A stretch of 45,398 nucleotides of DNA from Rotaria socialis (lineage: Eukaryota). The notes beneath the pieces are model-generated. The model saw nothing but the letters and a program-made list of their open reading frames with translations. It was not told where the DNA came from and made no database searches. Both the position numbers and the translations under genes were made by a program. Location: contig CAJNYD010000407.1 of NCBI GenBank assembly GCA_905331295.1, positions 372,001 through 417,398 on the forward strand, given 5' to 3'. This document shows, in pieces, positions 39,801-45,398 of this stretch (position 1 is the stretch's first letter; each line of letters opens with the position of its first letter).

Positions 39801-42800
39801 ATTATTTGGAATGTCACAGAAGCCAATGGTGAAGATCCAGATGAATTAACAAATTTGATGTCTAATTCACATTTAACATCCAATTTTTTGGCATTAGCTC
39901 GTGAACTTGATATAATGGAAGCTAAGTTACCCGAAGATATTTATAAAACATACTTAGATAATACAAATCGATCGAATTATAATCAACCTGATTCAAGCAA
40001 ACAAAATTTAGCATCAGCCTTTGTTAATGGATTTGTTAATGCTGGTTTTGGCCAAGATAAAATTGTAACACAAGATACAAAATGGTTAACAAAATATAAA
40101 GACAATGGTTTATTAAGTGCAACAGCTTCACTTGGTCTTATTGTTCTTTGGGACGTTGATGGTGGTCTTAGTTTAATTGATAAATATCTTTATAGTTCCG
40201 ATGACAATATGAAGGTTCGTTTAACATAAGTATTATTTCCTAAAACAAAAATTTTTTTTTCTTCTAATTAAAATGGTAAATTTGGGGGAAAAAGACGATT
40301 GTTTTTTGAGACAATAAGGAATTTGAAAACTACGAAGTTTTTCGTAGAAATGATGAGCTAATATTTGTGGACTGCTAAGAACAATGATGAAGTATATTGA
40401 ATCACTAAAAGAAAATTTTTCTTTTTTTTTCGAGTTCATGTACTTATAAGACGAATCATTCAAAATATGGCAGCATATGCTTCCTTTGTTACCTGCTTAT
40501 AGATTGGAATTTCAAATTTTTATCACATATTTTCTACTCTCTTTTTTTTGCACTTAATACTCTAATTATAATACCAGTGAAGAAAATGTTTTTTTTTTAA
40601 ATTTAAAATTCTTTCAAAACCACTATTTGAATAGAACAATGAACTATTCTACCTTCTTTTCCTAGAAACTTGCAGTAATTGAACTGAAGATTTTTTTTTT
40701 GTGAAAACTAGAACCGCAGTGGGCGTATATTTATGCACTGTTTTCTTAACAATCCTTTCCGGCCTGATGTTACCATATGGCAATATTTTCTCTTTTTACC
40801 GGTGCAGTGCTTTTCGAATAGCCGGCCTTATGGCGTTAAAATAATGTTCGAATGATTGAGGGATGGCCTCAGAAAAATTTTCTCTGAACAAAACATAATG
40901 TATCCAGTCACGACATTTCAGTGTTTTGCTTTTTGTAAGCGAAAAAATATAAGTTTTTAAAGAAAAAGAACATAATATACACCTTTATTTTATGCAAATC
41001 ATAAATATCAACTCTGGTGATTCGTAAGAACGTAGCACTTGAGTTCATTTTTTCAATACTATGTTCTCATAGTATCATATATATATATATATATATTTTT
41101 TTTTTTCATTGGAATGTCGATTGAAAACATCCCTTACATATGAAATCGATTAAAAGAAAAGATTTCGACTTGTGCACTATTGTAAGGAAAATTTTCATTC
41201 ATCAAGTCTCAACGCAAACGATTAGGAAGTTTATCAGAAAAAAAATTCTTATGATTTCTACTTCATACAAACATTTTTTTTATTAGGCTGGCGCTCTTCT
41301 CGCTTGTGGTATTGTCAATTGTGGTGTTCAAAACGATTGTGATCCAGCATTAGCTCTTCTGGGTGATTATGTTTCTCATAATGATACACCATTCCGTGTT
41401 GGTTCCATTGTTGGGTATGATGCAAACAGTTATTCATTAGCTTATTCAATATTATTTTCTATTATTTTTAGTTTGGGTCTCGCTTATGCAGGAACAAATC
41501 GTGAAGATGTTATTGAGCTTATTAGTAACGCATTACGGGAAGGAAATCCGTCCATGGAAGTAAGGCCTCTTTTTGTTGATAATTGAGTTTTTTTTCTCAT
41601 ATATTAATTTATTTTAGGTTATCTCTCTAGCATGTCTTTCAATTGGAATAATTGCAGTTGGCTCATGCAATGCTGAAGTATCAACAACACTATTGAGTAT
41701 TTTACTTGAACGAAGTGAACTTGAACTCAAAGATCATTTTGCTAAATTCATTGCACTTGCTATTGGTCTCTTGTTTCTTAGTATGGAATATAAATTTTCA
41801 AGTCTAATATATCAAGAAAATTTTTTTCTTTAGGCAAAGGTGAAGCTGTTGAAGCTATGCTTGAATCTCTTAAAGTTATCAATGAACCATTACGCTCATT
41901 TGCAACTGTTCTTGTTGAATGTTGTGCATATGCTGGTACAGGAAATGTTTTGAAAATTCAACGTATGCTACATATATGTAGTGAACATTTCGACACTAAA
42001 GAGGAGAAAAAAGTAATGTTTCCTTTCCTTTCTGGATAGATTAAAAAGAATGTAAAATTTTATATTTAAAGGAAGGTGAAAAAGAATCATCAAAAGATAA
42101 AGAGAAGGATAAAGATAAAAAGAAAGAAGATGAAAATGCTACACAAAATTCCGCTCATCAAGGTATAATAGAATATTATTTTTATTGATTGAATGCATTT
42201 TGTTTTTAAATTTTAGCTGCCGCTGTACTCGGTATTGCAATGATTGCTATGGGAGAAGAGATTGGTGCCGAAATGGCATTACGTTCATTTGGGCATTTGG
42301 TAATATAAATATATTCAAAAATTAAAATGAATTATTTTATATAAAACAGAGTTTAAAATAACGTTGAATTCTAAAAGCAAGAAAATCGATCCGTATGAGA
42401 CATGTTAGTTAATGATTCATTGCAGAAATTTTAGAAATAGTTTTTCATGATAGATGTTGTTAGCATGTATTGCAGACTGTAGATATATCGTGCTTGATTT
42501 TTATACATGAACAAGACCCTGATTGTAGTTTTCTATCGACGTGTTAGTAAAACAAATTTGAAGAAATATAGATTAAAATAGAGAGAATCTTGAATGAACT
42601 GAAAAACAACAACTACTACTTTGTATTTGAAATTTTAATCCAGCAGAGATTTTAGAACTAGATATTTCTAATTTTGCTCTTTTTATAGCTACGCTATGGC
42701 GAACCAGTTATCAAGCGAGCTGTACCTCTTGCACTTGCTTTATTATCTGTATCAAATCCAAAATTAAGTATAATTGATACATTAAGTAAATTTTCTCATG

Positions 42801-43567
42801 ATGCAGATCATGAAGTCTCATATAATTCAATTTTCGCAATGGGCATCGTCGGTGCTGGTATGTTTTATTCGAAGAAAATGATTCAGAAATATAATATTCC
42901 TTTGTTTTCCTAAAGGTACAAACAATGCTCGATTAGCTGCAATGCTTCGACAATTAGCTGTCTATCATGGAAAAGATATGAATAATCTATTTATGGTTCG
43001 TCTTGCTCAGGGTCTTACACATCTTGGTAAAGGTACAATGACGCTGAACCCATATCATAGCGATCGAATGCTTCTTTGTCGTGTGGCATTGGCTGGTTTA
43101 CTTACTGTACTTGTTTCATTATTTGATGTTAAACAAAGTAAACACTCAAAAATCAATTGTTTATCTATTATTTCATTTTATCGTTATTTTTCCCTCTTCT
43201 TTAGCTGTTATTGGTAAATATCATTATTTACTTTATTTTCTTGCATTGGCTATTCAACCACGTATGCTTGTTACATTCGATGAATCACTTCGACCATTAC
43301 CAGTACCTGTTCGTGTTGGACAAGTAAGCTATTATTTAAAATAAATTTAAAGAACAATTTTATAAGTTATTTTCTTTTTTTTAGGCAGTCGATGTTGTTG
43401 GTCAAGCAGGTAAACCAAAAACTATAACTGGTTTTCAAACGCATACAACACCTGTCTTATTGGCTTATGGTGAACGTGCGGAATTAGCAACTGAAGAATA
43501 TGTAACATTAACACCTGTATTGGAAGGTTTCGTTATTTTACAAAAAAATCCGAATTATGTACCATGA
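36802..43567 (+). CDS. PSMD2: 26S proteasome non-ATPase regulatory subunit 2 (Rpn1), multi-exon
   Basis: [134 protein letters not shown]. Confidence 0.97.
41068..41105. repeat. (AT)n microsatellite followed by a poly-T run, intronic
   Basis: Read directly inside a PSMD2 intron; shorter (AT)n runs also at about 12288 and 23349. Confidence 0.7.
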
Positions 43568-45398
43568 TTTTTGTCTTTTCTTTTGTCTTTTTCTTCTCAC
43601 AAAATTTTCGTCTTACTATATAATCGAGAGACCTTTGTTTAATAAAAAAAAAACGGTCTTTCTGATTGTTGTCGTCTGTTCTCTATTTTACTGTTTTCCT
43701 TTTCTTTTTCTTTTGGTTTTTTTATAGTTGAAAATATATGATCAAATCATGCGATCGACCAGAGTCATAGTATATGTTAATGTCGTTGTATAACTAAATA
43801 ATAAGGTGTTTATTTCAAGACATGAAGTAAATTACAAAATATTTCGACAGAAGTGTTTTCAAAAGTGAATTAATAGTTTTTTCTTTTTTTTGGATGATCA
43901 TAATTATAAAGAAATAAAAACTTGATCAAATTGATGTTCTGATGTCTTCTATGAATCTCTTTTTATTGTTCATGGAAAAATATTAAGCACGATTGGTTCA
44001 TTTTATTAATGCATAACACATTCATAAAAATAATTTCAAAGTTAGATCGCAAAATTGTGCATGTGGCGGATTTCAATATAAATCATTGATGCCAATGTGT
44101 TTCAACCACACAGTAAATTATCGGTAAACTCAAGCTGTACATTTTTATTCAAAAGTCATGGAACTTCTTTGCTATTCAAGTATGGCTGACGATGCAAGGT
44201 TGATTAATAGTTTTGCATAGACAAAAAAGGAACATGTATTTGGTTATTTGCATAAAATGTTTAGTATACAATTCTCCTTCCTCTAATATGGATGCCATAC
44301 ATTCATGTCACTTCTTCTCATAGTCTCAGAAGCAATTTTGCGCCAGATGCTTATCAATTAACTGGAAATTTGACGATATATTAGACTTGGACGAAGAGCG
44401 TATGATATAGTTTTCAGTTATTTATCATAAAATTTGAGAAAAACATACTCATCAATTTGTCAATTCGAAATCTTCCGCTTAACTCACTTGTATCTATTCA
44501 TTTCTTTTACGGCTTGATACAATATACAGGACATGCCACAGCTTTGTTTTTGGTAAACTTTTTAATTTTTGTGAGAAGAAAACAGATAAGAATAACAATG
44601 TTCTTAAAAGGTCTTGAGAAATGACTTTCTTATCATAAAAGTACTGTTTACATAATATTAATCAAAGTGCGTTCAAGAAAACTACTGTCTTAGACTTTGT
44701 AGCTTAAAATAGCTTTCCAAGTCAATAAGAAAACTTGAATATATATCCATTAAGAATGAAAGCCTAGGCAAAACTCAGGGGCATCTGCTCTGCAAACAAA
44801 GAGTTAGAAAGGAAAAAATGTTTCTTGTTTTTGTCAAAAAAATATTACTATCCGAGCAAAAATAAACAGACATTATATATATTCCCTCTACTGAAAGGAG
44901 GGTATTACGAAAAACGAGTTAAATGCGTTCGTTCGCTCGTCCAATAGGAAAGAAGGTGCAAAGACTTAACTAACCTCAAACAATATCCTGCAGGGATAGG
45001 TTTGACCGAAGGTAACTGGGGTCGGGGAACTGTAATCTAGCGTGAGACTTTTAGAGTTTATGATCCTCAACTTTTTTAGTGAAAAAAAAAAGTTTTTCGA
45101 GAAAATAGTTCTCCTTATAAAGTTTGATCCGATTCTGTCGGGCTCGAGGGAGTCGAATCGGAGATCAGATTTTTGAAGTTTTGCTTTCTACCTTTTTTAC
45201 GGAGAGAAAAAGAGTCTTTTAGGAAAAAAATGACTTCGTTTAAAGTTTGACCGAAAGTTTTTGACGCGGAGTCACTCGAGTTTAAGTGTAGTTTTTCAAA
45301 AACATTTTGTCATCGTTTCGATAAACAAAGAGGGTTGCACAGAATGAACACATGAGCTTTGTGAAAAAGTAAAACTAAGTGACCAGCAACTGACGAGT

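Noticed and set aside
37416..42688. Intronic snoRNAs in the long PSMD2 introns
   Set aside because: Isolated TGATGA words seen but no convincing C/D pair with terminal stem or H/ACA structure by eye; an Infernal/Rfam scan would be needed.
43900..44560. Possible degenerate gene on the minus strand
   Set aside because: Short open stretches only, stops in all frames examined, no family recognised.

Overview
AT-rich eukaryotic (animal) genomic DNA with compact genes and mostly 50-70 nt GT-AG introns; the style suggests a bdelloid rotifer, but that is inference. Fourteen protein-coding genes can be spliced by hand: SEC61A, an intronless divergent homeobox gene, SUZ12, MTG1, WDR82, a secreted acid-ceramidase/dcd1-like Ntn hydrolase, CEP164, a neuropeptide precursor (3x FVH-Gly) absent from the ORF track, a CPYC glutaredoxin, a BK-beta/TipE-like two-TM protein, DPH5, LLPH, an SLC17 transporter and RPS8; PSMD2 makes fifteen. 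Non-autonomous inverted-repeat elements lie at 1-935 and 18538-18920. Two observations stand out. (1) Four same-strand gene junctions (MTG1>SUZ12, SLC17>LLPH, LLPH>DPH5, RPS8>PSMD2) have only 66-205 bp between stop and start and carry a pyrimidine-rich AG acceptor 0-16 nt before the downstream ATG, the signature expected of operons resolved by spliced-leader trans-splicing. (2) A four-exon prohormone gene is predicted to release the tripeptide FVH-amide. All assignments are from reading the sequence and recalled motifs; no searches were run.
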